A stretch of 43,086 nucleotides of DNA from the NCBI GenBank assembly GCA_964427235.1, contig CAYRTN010000001.1, positions 1 to 43,086 on the forward strand, in the 5' to 3' direction. The stretch comes from an uncultured Chthoniobacter sp. Its GTDB lineage: Bacteria; Verrucomicrobiota; Verrucomicrobiia; Chthoniobacterales; Terrimicrobiaceae. Shown piece by piece: positions 1-8,583 of this stretch (position 1 is its first letter; each line of letters starts with the position of its first letter). The notes below the pieces were generated by a model, which made no database searches, was not told the DNA's origin, and saw only the letters and a list, made by a program, of their open reading frames with translations. The position numbers were made by a program, and so were the translations under genes.

Positions 1-55
1 AACAAGACCGTTTCTTGATAAAAAATAAATCTCATTTAAAATTGCGACAGGCGTT
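1..55. repeat. 55-nt exact terminal direct repeat, copy 1 (identical to 43032..43086)
   Basis: aacaagaccgtttcttgataaaaaataaatctcatttaaaattgcgacaggcgtt is present at both window ends. This is typical of a circular contig closed by a k-mer overlap, or of terminal redundancy. Confidence 0.95.
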
Positions 56-756
56 AGATCCGCACCGCACCCAAGCGTTGTGTTTGCCGTTCCCTTAATT
101 GCTTCGAATGGGAATGTAGCGTTACCTGTATTTTGAAAAAACTCAATAGACCTTGTGCCAAAGACATACAATATACCAGCACATGATAAAACTGTTATGA
201 TATTATCTGATTTTTGTGTTGCACTTGCAAAATCTAAAGATGAAAACGTGCGACCGTCAAGCAATGCCGATATAAAGAACTGTTGTGTACCCCTTCTGCG
301 AAATATAAAATAACCGTCCATATCGGTAAATGTTTTTGGATTATATGGTAAAGACGGATTATATAACGTACCAGACTCAAGAACTCTATAAACTGAATCA
401 ACTTGGTATTTCCATGAAAGAAACGCTATTTGACCAACGGAATTGTCAAGAATATTATAAACTTCCCCTGACGCTGTGGTAAAGGCATAATCTGCAACCA
501 AAGTACCCGTTAAATCGTATTTTCTTATTTTCGTAGTGCCCACAACATAATAAAAGCTATTTATATGTGTTAACCCTCTAACCTCTTCCCCTGTATCTAT
601 AAGTAAATCTAAACCACCTCTTTGACGCAATGTATATTCGCTTTCCTCCCCATATTGGTTAGGAATAGAATACATATTTTGCAATAACTGATTATTAGGG
701 TTTTTAGCACTGTTAACAGATACTTCTTTTGATAACGGTAAATTTATTTTTGGCAT
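1..756 (-). CDS. P22 gp10-like tail hub / packaged-DNA stabilisation protein, N-terminal 252 codons (gene wraps the window ends)
   Basis: ATG at 756 in a TAATG overlap with the upstream stop. Hand translation MPKINLPLSKEVSVNSAKNPNNQLLQNMYSIPNQYGEESEYTLRQRGG... stays open to nt 1 and continues in frame at 43031. FGTRSIEFFQNTG resembles P22 gp10 FGSSTIEYFSLTG. Confidence 0.8.
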   Translation of the reverse strand, partial: MPKINLPLSKEVSVNSAKNPNNQLLQNMYSIPNQYGEESEYTLRQRGGLDLLIDTGEEVRGLTHINSFYYVVGTTKIRKYDLTGTLVADYAFTTASGEVYNILDNSVGQIAFLSWKYQVDSVYRVLESGTLYNPSLPYNPKTFTDMDGYFIFRRRGTQQFFISALLDGRTFSSLDFASATQKSDNIITVLSCAGILYVFGTRSIEFFQNTGNATFPFEAIKGTANTTLGCGADLTPVAILNEIYFLSRNGLV

Positions 757-1700
757 TATTCAAACATTCCATTGCTAAACCCTACATTAATAGAGGCGTC
801 CTCAAAATCATGCAATCGTTGCAATGAATACAATCTCTCAACTTCAACACCTAAGATACTTGATTTACTGTAAAAACCATTTTGCATAGCAAGTCTTTGA
901 GCAAGACTATAAATGATAATATCATAAAATTCATTCGGAGATGGTATTGTATCAGTCGAACTGTCTAAATCATCAAAAGGTCTTTCAATGACAAGATTAA
1001 TATATTGACTCTCATTTTCTGATTGCGGATATAAAAACAACCGCCCTTCGTCTATCTTGGGCTGATAATAAAATTGTGTTGGATTGCCTGCCATAGCTTT
1101 ATAGGATAACGCTTGGTATTCATTCATAGACATCTTGCTAATGCCTATCTCTGAATTAGTGTCATATTGCACCGTAGCGTCTGAAATGCTTAAAGGTTTA
1201 GTAATGCGTGCTGTATATGAATACACCTTAGAATCAACGGTAAATGCACTTGTGAACGCACTTGATACAGTTATCACATTGCCAACAACATTACTTACAG
1301 TACGCCACACAAACACATTGCTTGAATTTAATACCCCGATTGTATCAGATATTGCAATTCCTGTACCGCTTGCAACCGTGAATGATGTATTTCCTGATGC
1401 AATAGCGACGCTTAATGTTGTTTTAACAAAATCACTTTTTAAAATAAACCTATCACCCGATTCGGATAGCGTATATTCTGATTGTCCAATCGTAGGAATT
1501 AAGACAGCACTCTCATAAGACCATAGACGCAAACCTCGCGACATAAGGTTTTTCATAATGATATTTAATGATTGTGAAGCATTAGTAATTTCAGTTGATG
1601 ATAATGTTTCGACAGGGTCTATGATAGACGCTAGCCTGTATGCTTCATAAATAATATCATTACGGGTAAGGCTAAAATTAAAGTTATTCGAGACCGACAT
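756..1700 (-). CDS. virion protein, putative head-to-tail adaptor (gp4 position, immediately upstream of gp10-like hub)
   Basis: 314-aa ORF with ATG start, translationally coupled to neighbours. Function inferred only from its position between the head genes and the hub. Confidence 0.45.
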   Translation of the reverse strand: MSVSNNFNFSLTRNDIIYEAYRLASIIDPVETLSSTEITNASQSLNIIMKNLMSRGLRLWSYESAVLIPTIGQSEYTLSESGDRFILKSDFVKTTLSVAIASGNTSFTVASGTGIAISDTIGVLNSSNVFVWRTVSNVVGNVITVSSAFTSAFTVDSKVYSYTARITKPLSISDATVQYDTNSEIGISKMSMNEYQALSYKAMAGNPTQFYYQPKIDEGRLFLYPQSENESQYINLVIERPFDDLDSSTDTIPSPNEFYDIIIYSLAQRLAMQNGFYSKSSILGVEVERLYSLQRLHDFEDASINVGFSNGMFE

Positions 1701-1902
1701 ATCCTGTTAAACTCACATCTTTTAAATTTCTTGGTCTTGGATTATCCACTGCTATTTTTTCACTCATGGCTTTAACCATTAATTCTTGTGGGTGTTGTTC
1801 ATACCAGTATTTGTAATAAACACGCTTGCCGTCATAAGTCATACGTGTTTGCGATGCAAGTACCACTTGACCGCTAACATCGCATTGCACTTTATAATCC
1901 AT
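1684..1902 (-). CDS. hypothetical small late protein (72 aa)
   Basis: ATG start in a TAATG junction with the upstream gene, inside the late operon. No recognisable motif. Confidence 0.6.
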   Translation of the reverse strand: MDYKVQCDVSGQVVLASQTRMTYDGKRVYYKYWYEQHPQELMVKAMSEKIAVDNPRPRNLKDVSLTGYVGLE

Positions 1903-2237
1903 TAAATATCTCTAACGATTAATTTTAAATCTCTGCTACCGCCTTCGGTACTTGCAGAAACAATTTTAACCCATTCACCGATTGCAGAAACATCATTAAC
2001 ATTTACTTGCATAATGCTATTAGCAACTACTGGAATTGATAATGCAGTACCAGCAGAAATATAATGTGCTTTATACGTTCCTGTCTGTGTCTTTGATGAT
2101 GTCAATGTTACCGTTGCACCTGTCATTGTTGCAGGGAACTCAATACCTACAATATTACCAGAGACAACACCTACCGCAGTAGATGTTGTTGCACCGTTGG
2201 CAATATTAACAGCAACACTTGCTGAACGATTCGCCAT
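1902..2237 (-). CDS. hypothetical beta-rich virion protein (111 aa)
   Basis: ATG at 2237 in a TAATG junction. The Ala/Thr/Val/Ser/Gly-rich composition resembles small capsid or connector accessory proteins. Confidence 0.6.
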   Translation of the reverse strand: MANRSASVAVNIANGATTSTAVGVVSGNIVGIEFPATMTGATVTLTSSKTQTGTYKAHYISAGTALSIPVVANSIMQVNVNDVSAIGEWVKIVSASTEGGSRDLKLIVRDI

Positions 2238-2935
2238 TAGAACTCTCCGAACGCTTGAATGTAGTTAAGTGTCATAACACGAGAAACAGCAGAAGCATTT
2301 TGAACACCATAAGAAAGTGTCAAATTTGCTGTTGGTAAGTTAGTCAATGTTGTTTGTGTTGCGGTTTTAACACCGTTAACATAAACCTCAACTTTTGTAC
2401 CGCCATCATAAAAGAACCCAATCTCAATGAACGTATCATCGGCAATGGTTGCAACACTTGATAATGTTGTCAATGTGCTACTATTGGCTAAAATAAGATT
2501 TACTGCCCCTGCACCACTTGGCTTTAAAAAGTAAACACCATCAGAAACAGCAAGAGGCGTAGTATCTGTTTTTTGCAATCCAAACACAAGAGACGCATTG
2601 TTTGAGTTGTTTACTTTTAAGCGTGTCTTAAAAACAAGTTTTTTACCTGCTTCAAAAACAAACGGCTCAATCGTTGCCGAGTTGCCACCCTTCCACTGCA
2701 GAAATGTATTTTCAGAGTTAGTTGCACTGTTAGTCAGTGTCAATAAACCGCCCTTGCCCGATACAATAGAAACAGCCCCAGTACCAGTAACAGTATAATT
2801 CCCCGAGGCATATTCATTGCCCCATTGGCTAATACCATAATATTTTGTTTGGTCTAAGTTGGGAAAGTCGTTATAGACTCCCCCTGAACCTGCCCTAACA
2901 TTCGTCAATCCACTTGGGAAATGTGTTATTGCCAT
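2237..2935 (-). CDS. concanavalin/LamG-like jelly-roll protein, putative capsid cement/decoration protein (232 aa)
   Basis: Start moved to the internal ATG at 2935 (MAITHFPSG...), 5 nt after the capsid gene stop. The longer track ORF would overlap the capsid gene by 98 nt. The motif pattern FVFEAGKKLVFKTRL...DDTFIEIGFFYDGGTKVEVYVNG is LamG/ConA-like. Confidence 0.5.
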   Translation of the reverse strand: MAITHFPSGLTNVRAGSGGVYNDFPNLDQTKYYGISQWGNEYASGNYTVTGTGAVSIVSGKGGLLTLTNSATNSENTFLQWKGGNSATIEPFVFEAGKKLVFKTRLKVNNSNNASLVFGLQKTDTTPLAVSDGVYFLKPSGAGAVNLILANSSTLTTLSSVATIADDTFIEIGFFYDGGTKVEVYVNGVKTATQTTLTNLPTANLTLSYGVQNASAVSRVMTLNYIQAFGEF

Positions 2936-2939
2936 TAAA

Positions 2940-3857
2940 TTAAGCTCCTGCTGAACCGTAAACACAACGCCAGTCATGGTATGCAAAAGCATAAGACTCA
3001 TAACCCATTGTATAATCCACTTTTGTAGAGAAGTCATAATCGTTGTCTAATTCCAAAGGATTAGCAACGAAATGAACAAGACCCTCTCCCATATTGAAAT
3101 CATTGAGAACGAACCATGCGTCCTCGTCTGTCAAATATGGTGATGTAATAATCTCAAGAGGATATTTTGAACCAACGGCGTTTAAATCATTATCCGCAGT
3201 ACCAACACGCAAAGACGAATTGATAATACGTTCTGCCTCTGCCCAGTTACTCGAATGAACAAGTAATTTTTTAGGTTTTAGCATGATTTGTTTACCGTTA
3301 GTATCCTTAGCTTTGAGAATATCAGTGATAACTTGCTCAATGCCTGCCTCTGATAAATCACTATTACCACTTGATATAAGATTGCCTTGAACCGAACCAG
3401 TAGCGGACGGGTGACTTGCTGTAATCATAGCAACAGCATCTCCGTCTGTACGTGTAGCGGTAAACGCATTATTAAAGATTTGATGTCCCAAAATTTCTTT
3501 GGTTTCACGAAATGAATCGCCTAAGCGAATTGCACGCTGTGTTGTGACTTTCTTATCTTGTCCATATTGCTTTTCTTCTTTGGTAACACCAAAGCCTAAA
3601 GCAACAGCATACATATATGTTTTGACTGTATAGCCTTGTTTCTCTGAAGCAATCGGCGTTGCACCGCCTTCAGGTTTTACTTGTGCCAAGCCAAAAGACG
3701 AAGCAGAAACAACTTCTTCATATTTGTACTTTGCAGTCATTTTATCAAACAACTGTGGACAAATCTCTTTGTTGCGGTTGTAACCCATTTCAAGCCAAGC
3801 ACGAATACCTGGTTTTTGATTTTTGGGAAAATTACCCGTTGTAATAATGTTAACCAT
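2940..3857 (-). CDS. major capsid protein (HK97-fold type, about 305 aa)
   Basis: Size, position after the scaffold-like genes, and the pattern ...SASSFGLAQVKPEGGATP...YAVALGFGVTKEE... are typical of small HK97-like capsid families. Confidence 0.7.
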   Translation of the reverse strand: MVNIITTGNFPKNQKPGIRAWLEMGYNRNKEICPQLFDKMTAKYKYEEVVSASSFGLAQVKPEGGATPIASEKQGYTVKTYMYAVALGFGVTKEEKQYGQDKKVTTQRAIRLGDSFRETKEILGHQIFNNAFTATRTDGDAVAMITASHPSATGSVQGNLISSGNSDLSEAGIEQVITDILKAKDTNGKQIMLKPKKLLVHSSNWAEAERIINSSLRVGTADNDLNAVGSKYPLEIITSPYLTDEDAWFVLNDFNMGEGLVHFVANPLELDNDYDFSTKVDYTMGYESYAFAYHDWRCVYGSAGA

Positions 3858-3859
3858 TG

Positions 3860-4426
3860 TTAGATTCCTGTCAAGTTGTTAGATGAATGTAAATTGAATG
3901 CTACAAGGTACTTAGCATACGCACCGACTTCATTGTCAGGGGCTTGCAAGAAACCAACAATACGAAGTTGTTTTGTCGCACCAGTACCGATTGATGTTGT
4001 ACTGATTTGAGCACCTGAATTACCGTAAATAGTTTCACCGGCAACAGTAAATGTAAAGTCAGCATTATTACCAACATCACCAGTAGCAGGAGTCGCACTT
4101 GCATCGCCTTGAATAGCGTAAATTGTATCAGGGTGTGCAGATACAAAAACATATCTTTCAGTTGACGCAACACGATAAACAGTTGAGCTATCTGTAACAG
4201 CTTCAACACTTGTAACAACGCCGATAGCGTAGTTTGTAGCACCTGCCGTAGCACGGATAACGTCAGGAACGCCTTTTGCGTCAGATGTTCCTGCAAAAAT
4301 AACAGGATCACCAACAAATACCGCAGTACTGTCAGATGATGGAATACGATAGCGAACCGTAGGAATAATTGAACTCCCACGATTGAATAAAGGCACAAAA
4401 CCTTTAGGTGTATTTGAATTAGGCAT
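3860..4426 (-). CDS. beta-rich head accessory protein (188 aa), function unknown
   Basis: ATG start, ends 3 nt before the capsid gene start. Gly/Thr/Ala/Val-rich, with no enzymatic motif. Confidence 0.55.
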   Translation of the reverse strand: MPNSNTPKGFVPLFNRGSSIIPTVRYRIPSSDSTAVFVGDPVIFAGTSDAKGVPDVIRATAGATNYAIGVVTSVEAVTDSSTVYRVASTERYVFVSAHPDTIYAIQGDASATPATGDVGNNADFTFTVAGETIYGNSGAQISTTSIGTGATKQLRIVGFLQAPDNEVGAYAKYLVAFNLHSSNNLTGI

Positions 4427-5006
4427 AATTTCCTATATCTATATTTTGATGATTTCGTTTTATCTCTGCCCTGCCTTCCATTTCATTTGCATTACTACGC
4501 AATGAGTCAGCATAGACTTGAGATGATGATTGATTTTTTGCTGCTAAACGCTTTTCACGATGTTCTCGAACGCACATCATAGCTACTAAAACGCCTTCAC
4601 CTGTCTGTTTTTCTAATACAACGTGTTGCATATCAAGGAGGAGGTCGTCTTTTGTTATTTTGACATAGCCAAGTTCTTTTTTCTTTTCTAAATTGGAATA
4701 ATCCAACCCCAAAGAATTACGCTTAACTAAAACCCAACGATAATCAGCTATATTATCAGGGTCATTTACTGCTTTTTTTAATACATCTAGTGTACTTTTA
4801 TTCATGGTATCATAGATAGGGGCTTGATTCAAGAATTTTCTTAATTGTTCAATGCCACCACTTACGGTTTCAGTTTCACTTGGTAAAACTGTGTCAGCCT
4901 GTCCAATTTGAAAGTCATCATTCTTTATCGCCCTAGCTGTTGCAGGGTGTAATTCACTCATTTTTTTAGCAATTTGTTGTTTTGCTTTATCTGATACTGT
5001 AACCAT
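4419..5006 (-). CDS. hypothetical head-module protein (195 aa)
   Basis: ATG start with an 8-nt overlap with the next gene. Lies between the scaffold-like and capsid genes. No protease motif recognised. Confidence 0.6.
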   Translation of the reverse strand: MVTVSDKAKQQIAKKMSELHPATARAIKNDDFQIGQADTVLPSETETVSGGIEQLRKFLNQAPIYDTMNKSTLDVLKKAVNDPDNIADYRWVLVKRNSLGLDYSNLEKKKELGYVKITKDDLLLDMQHVVLEKQTGEGVLVAMMCVREHREKRLAAKNQSSSQVYADSLRSNANEMEGRAEIKRNHQNIDIGNYA

Positions 5007-5007
5007 A

Positions 5008-5961
5008 TTAGCCTCTTAATTCCTGAATTGTTGTTTTTGTAAATCTGTCTAATTGCTCTTTAGTAGCCTTAGGGAAGTATTCTTTAAAATCTTTAAGTTG
5101 AGAATTTAACGCAGACCGCTGTTCAGTCGTTAAGCCGTCTGATTGTCTTTGAGAACTAACACCACTTAAAACATCACCACGAGGCGGATTTACCGCTGTT
5201 TTAACTGTCTTAATCTTATCTGGATATCGCAACTCTAAATCCTCTTTTGCACCGTTTAAAGCGTCTATTATATCAACGCCAGCATCAAGATAACCCTGTA
5301 AAATACTATCGTATCTTACTTTCATAACCTTATCATTTTCATACCAAGGATTCGCATCGACGAATTGCTTAACGGTATTAACAACTTGTACGCTATGTTG
5401 TGGTTGTGCTTCAAACTGTTTTTCTTGTTGTTCATATTGTGCAAGTTTTTGTTTGACAATCTCTTCTTGCTCAACTTTATCATTAAAGGTTTCTTTATCT
5501 GATAAATCAAAAGCCTCTTCTTTTTCACGTTCCAGTTTACGCAAAATACCTTTAAGGTTATTACGCTCTTGTTCCCGTGCTGTCTTGACTTGCTGTACGC
5601 TTAATTCTTTAATCGTTGCAATTTCTTTTTGCATCGATTCCATTACGTCCTTAGTTTTAACAACATAATTATTAGCGTTTTTAAGCCATTCCTTAGCGGT
5701 CTTCTTACCGCTTGGATTCCACCCTATCTCTTTTGCTAACTTCTCGACATCTTGATTAGCCATTGAATCAATATAAGAATTGTTAGGCTTAGGGCTTGGG
5801 GCTTCTTGTGCCGTTTCTGTATCGGTATCGGTATCAATGTCATCATGGGCATCATCAGCAGTATCAACATCAGGTGTATCAATGACATCATCAGGGATAT
5901 CGACATCATTGGTTTCAGGCGTTTCAGGGGGCATTGAAAAAAAACTTGTTTCCGTACTCAT
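5008..5961 (-). CDS. putative scaffolding protein (317 aa)
   Basis: Hyper-acidic N-terminus (DVDIPDDVIDTPDVDTADDAHDDIDTDTDTE) followed by a long charged coiled-coil-like region. Sits between the portal and capsid genes. Confidence 0.5.
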   Translation of the reverse strand: MSTETSFFSMPPETPETNDVDIPDDVIDTPDVDTADDAHDDIDTDTDTETAQEAPSPKPNNSYIDSMANQDVEKLAKEIGWNPSGKKTAKEWLKNANNYVVKTKDVMESMQKEIATIKELSVQQVKTAREQERNNLKGILRKLEREKEEAFDLSDKETFNDKVEQEEIVKQKLAQYEQQEKQFEAQPQHSVQVVNTVKQFVDANPWYENDKVMKVRYDSILQGYLDAGVDIIDALNGAKEDLELRYPDKIKTVKTAVNPPRGDVLSGVSSQRQSDGLTTEQRSALNSQLKDFKEYFPKATKEQLDRFTKTTIQELRG

Positions 5962-5962
5962 A

Positions 5963-6295
5963 TTACGCTCCTACCACTGCTAAAACATCGCTATCTTTAA
6001 TTAAGCGATAATGATTTCCGTTATCATCTTGATATAAAAACCCACTATGTAAATTGGTTATTACATTATCACCAACCTTAGGGGCTGTATCTGCGTGGTC
6101 AAGAAACGACAACACGCCAATTTTAACAATCTTACCGCTACCGCCTTTGAGAAAATCTTTCTCGCTAACTTTTGACGGTATAATTAAACCGCCTTGAGTA
6201 ACTTTATCTTCGTGTTTATCCACTTGAATTAACACACGGTTAAATGTTACCGCAACATTATCAATATTGCCTATGTTCACTAATTCTGTTGTCAA
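5963..6295 (-). CDS. GroES/Cpn10-like co-chaperonin (110 aa)
   Basis: TTG start 6 nt after a GGAG. NRVLIQVDKHEDKVTQGGLIIP...GKIVKIG...KVGDNVI...YRLIKDSDVLAVVGA aligns by eye with E. coli GroES [20 protein letters not shown]...GEVLAVG...KVGDIVI...VLIMSESDILAIVEA. Confidence 0.7.
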   Translation of the reverse strand: MTTELVNIGNIDNVAVTFNRVLIQVDKHEDKVTQGGLIIPSKVSEKDFLKGGSGKIVKIGVLSFLDHADTAPKVGDNVITNLHSGFLYQDDNGNHYRLIKDSDVLAVVGA

Positions 6296-6296
6296 T

Positions 6297-6617
6297 TTAT
6301 GCTCCTATTGACTGGTTGCTTGCTTGTAGTATCTTATGGATTGCTTCAATCTCAGCAATCATATTGTCAAAATCAAACAATGCGTCTGATATTTGACGAA
6401 TATTCTTTAAAATATCTCTTTCTAACTGTGGATTATATGTTTTAGCCAAGTCATCATTATCACCTGCTAAAACGATATAAGCCGTGCGGACAATACTATC
6501 AGCCTTGAGGCGTAGATATTCCTGTAGGAATATTCCCTCGTTCGTCCGCATTAACCCCTTGAGGGATTCCTCCGTCACCGTTAAGTTGTTGAGGGTTATT
6601 GTCCGCTTGCTGTCCAT
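6297..6617 (-). CDS. hypothetical head-module protein (106 aa) overlapping the portal 3' end
   Basis: ATG at 6617 is preceded by GGGAG at 6-nt spacing. The first 119 nt lie inside the portal reading frame. The sequence looks globular, not low-complexity. Confidence 0.55.
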   Translation of the reverse strand: MDSKRTITLNNLTVTEESLKGLMRTNEGIFLQEYLRLKADSIVRTAYIVLAGDNDDLAKTYNPQLERDILKNIRQISDALFDFDNMIAEIEAIHKILQASNQSIGA

Positions 6618-8583
6618 TTACTGCTCCCATATCAGGTGTATTGCGTAGGTTTATCTCTTGTAATTGTCTATCTAAGTCAGCGTTCTCAATGTCTGATATT
6701 GCTTTAATTCGGTCAATCTCTAATGTATCTTGTTTTATCTCGTTATCTAGCAACGCTTTAAGAGTATCAATTTGATTTTTGTTATCTGCTATTGCTTTTT
6801 GAAGTTCTAATTGTGCCTTGCCAAGTTCTAATTGTCCCATCATTAACGGATCAGGCTGTGCTTGCTGTGCTTCTGGTGGGTCTGTCAAATAATAATCAGG
6901 GTTATCAATACCCATTAATCGCAATACTTCTTTTTGTGTACGCTTGGCATCATAAAAGGGGTTTTGCATCTTTGACTCAAAGAATTGCACTTGTGCCATT
7001 TGTCTAGCATTACCAATCGAATCAATGTCTTTGTTTGGTATAAATACTATCTCTTTGTTATCAAATATCGACTGGTTAATTTGTATGCCTGTTAATTCTG
7101 CATATCTCTGTGTATTAAAATACTTCTTGTTTGCTTCGACAAGTGCATTAACTTCTGATTTAAACGCCGTAAAGAAACGCTTAAGAACTGCCCGAAGCTT
7201 CTTAGTGCTTTCCTCTGCCATAATCATTGCTGTAGTTGGGGCTGTATTTGCAGTAAAGTTTTCACTGTTCATCTGATTCAGGTTTGCCAATGATGATGAT
7301 TTACTATCGAGTAATTGCATCATAGCAATAAGCGTTTGACTTGGCTCTGGGTTAGGCATAGGCATAAACGAATCACGGATTGATTGTCCTGTCGCTCTAA
7401 TACCTTTCCACTCGCCCGCACTAAAATTAAATACACGGTCTTTGGTATTAATATCAGCACTAAACACACCACCACCTAAAGCGGACTTTGCCCCTGCATC
7501 AATGGTTAAATTAAGGATTGACGATAAAGCATTTTGAGACATCTCTAATATTGAACCAAAGCCTTTGCCCCAAAAATCATTACTCGGCAAGAATGAATAT
7601 TTACAATAACGAGGCTTTGCTTTGATAATGATTGCTTTGTTATTTTCACCACGAACAATCTTATCAAAGTTTTTTTCCAATCTTAATAAACACGAATCAT
7701 CTTTACAAACCCAAGCGATATATGGTTCAGGATAGCCGTCACCGTCTAAATCTAATCGCAAACACATTTCTATGATTGAGTATTCGTCTTCGTCGTCATC
7801 GTCAGGCTTTTCCTCTGCATCATCGTCAATAAAATACTTTGACTGATATAAAGGCTCAATATCGTCTTTACAATATACCGCACATTCTGACAACCTCTTT
7901 GCACCGTCAATCGTCTTTGCACCCTTATTAACAACAAAATCAGTAGCTTTAATGACTTTATGCACGGGTATATTTTCAATCGGACAATGCGAATACTTGC
8001 GAATAACAGTGCCTTGGACGCACAATAGCTTTGCTAATTCTTGTGTTTCCTCCACCCAATCAGGCATATCTTCGGTTAACTGATAATTGAGGATTTTAAC
8101 TGCATCTTCTGAATCCATTAATGCTTTGTGGTTTTTAATGCGTGCTTCTTTTATTGCATTAATTACAATAGGCTTGGCATCTTGTCCCTCTGGTATCTGT
8201 CCATTAACCGCAAGCATGACAGCCATATCTTCTTGGCTTGGCACGTCCTTTGCATTTTTAGACCGCACAGGCTCATCAAGAGGGAACTCATTAATAAACG
8301 TTGTTAAAAACTCATTACTTGCGTCCGTTAATAGCATGTAATGCAGGCGAGATCCTCCATTTATGCGTGCTGTCCGTAAGTAATCCTCATCATTATCACA
8401 TACGCCAAGATAACGCTTCATTTTTTCATGTGCTGTATTACAATCCATTTTATCTTGGTCATAAAATTCAACAATACCCGTTGCAATAGCGGTTTTATCT
8501 ATATCAGATAACACCGTAACAAGGTTTTCTGTATTGTCTATTTGTGTAGGTTTTAATAGTTTTTGTATTTTAATATCCGACAT
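6499..8583 (-). CDS. portal protein (694 aa)
   Basis: Largest head-module ORF, directly downstream of terL with a 14-nt overlap. Acidic stretch DDDAEEKPDDDDEDE and a coiled-coil C-terminal region. Called from size and position. Confidence 0.7.
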   Translation of the reverse strand: MSDIKIQKLLKPTQIDNTENLVTVLSDIDKTAIATGIVEFYDQDKMDCNTAHEKMKRYLGVCDNDEDYLRTARINGGSRLHYMLLTDASNEFLTTFINEFPLDEPVRSKNAKDVPSQEDMAVMLAVNGQIPEGQDAKPIVINAIKEARIKNHKALMDSEDAVKILNYQLTEDMPDWVEETQELAKLLCVQGTVIRKYSHCPIENIPVHKVIKATDFVVNKGAKTIDGAKRLSECAVYCKDDIEPLYQSKYFIDDDAEEKPDDDDEDEYSIIEMCLRLDLDGDGYPEPYIAWVCKDDSCLLRLEKNFDKIVRGENNKAIIIKAKPRYCKYSFLPSNDFWGKGFGSILEMSQNALSSILNLTIDAGAKSALGGGVFSADINTKDRVFNFSAGEWKGIRATGQSIRDSFMPMPNPEPSQTLIAMMQLLDSKSSSLANLNQMNSENFTANTAPTTAMIMAEESTKKLRAVLKRFFTAFKSEVNALVEANKKYFNTQRYAELTGIQINQSIFDNKEIVFIPNKDIDSIGNARQMAQVQFFESKMQNPFYDAKRTQKEVLRLMGIDNPDYYLTDPPEAQQAQPDPLMMGQLELGKAQLELQKAIADNKNQIDTLKALLDNEIKQDTLEIDRIKAISDIENADLDRQLQEINLRNTPDMGAVNGQQADNNPQQLNGDGGIPQGVNADERGNIPTGISTPQG

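Noticed and set aside
2936-3037. N-terminal extension of the jelly-roll gene (track ORF 2237..3037)
   Set aside because: It would overlap the capsid gene by 98 nt and encodes an odd hydrophobic leader. The internal ATG at 2935 gives the tight junction typical of this operon.
3901-4398. 165-aa same-strand alternative-frame ORF inside the 188-aa head gene (overprinting candidate)
   Set aside because: The product is Leu-rich low-complexity sequence, as expected from frame-shifting GCN/ACN/GTN-rich codons. It has no RBS and no independent support.
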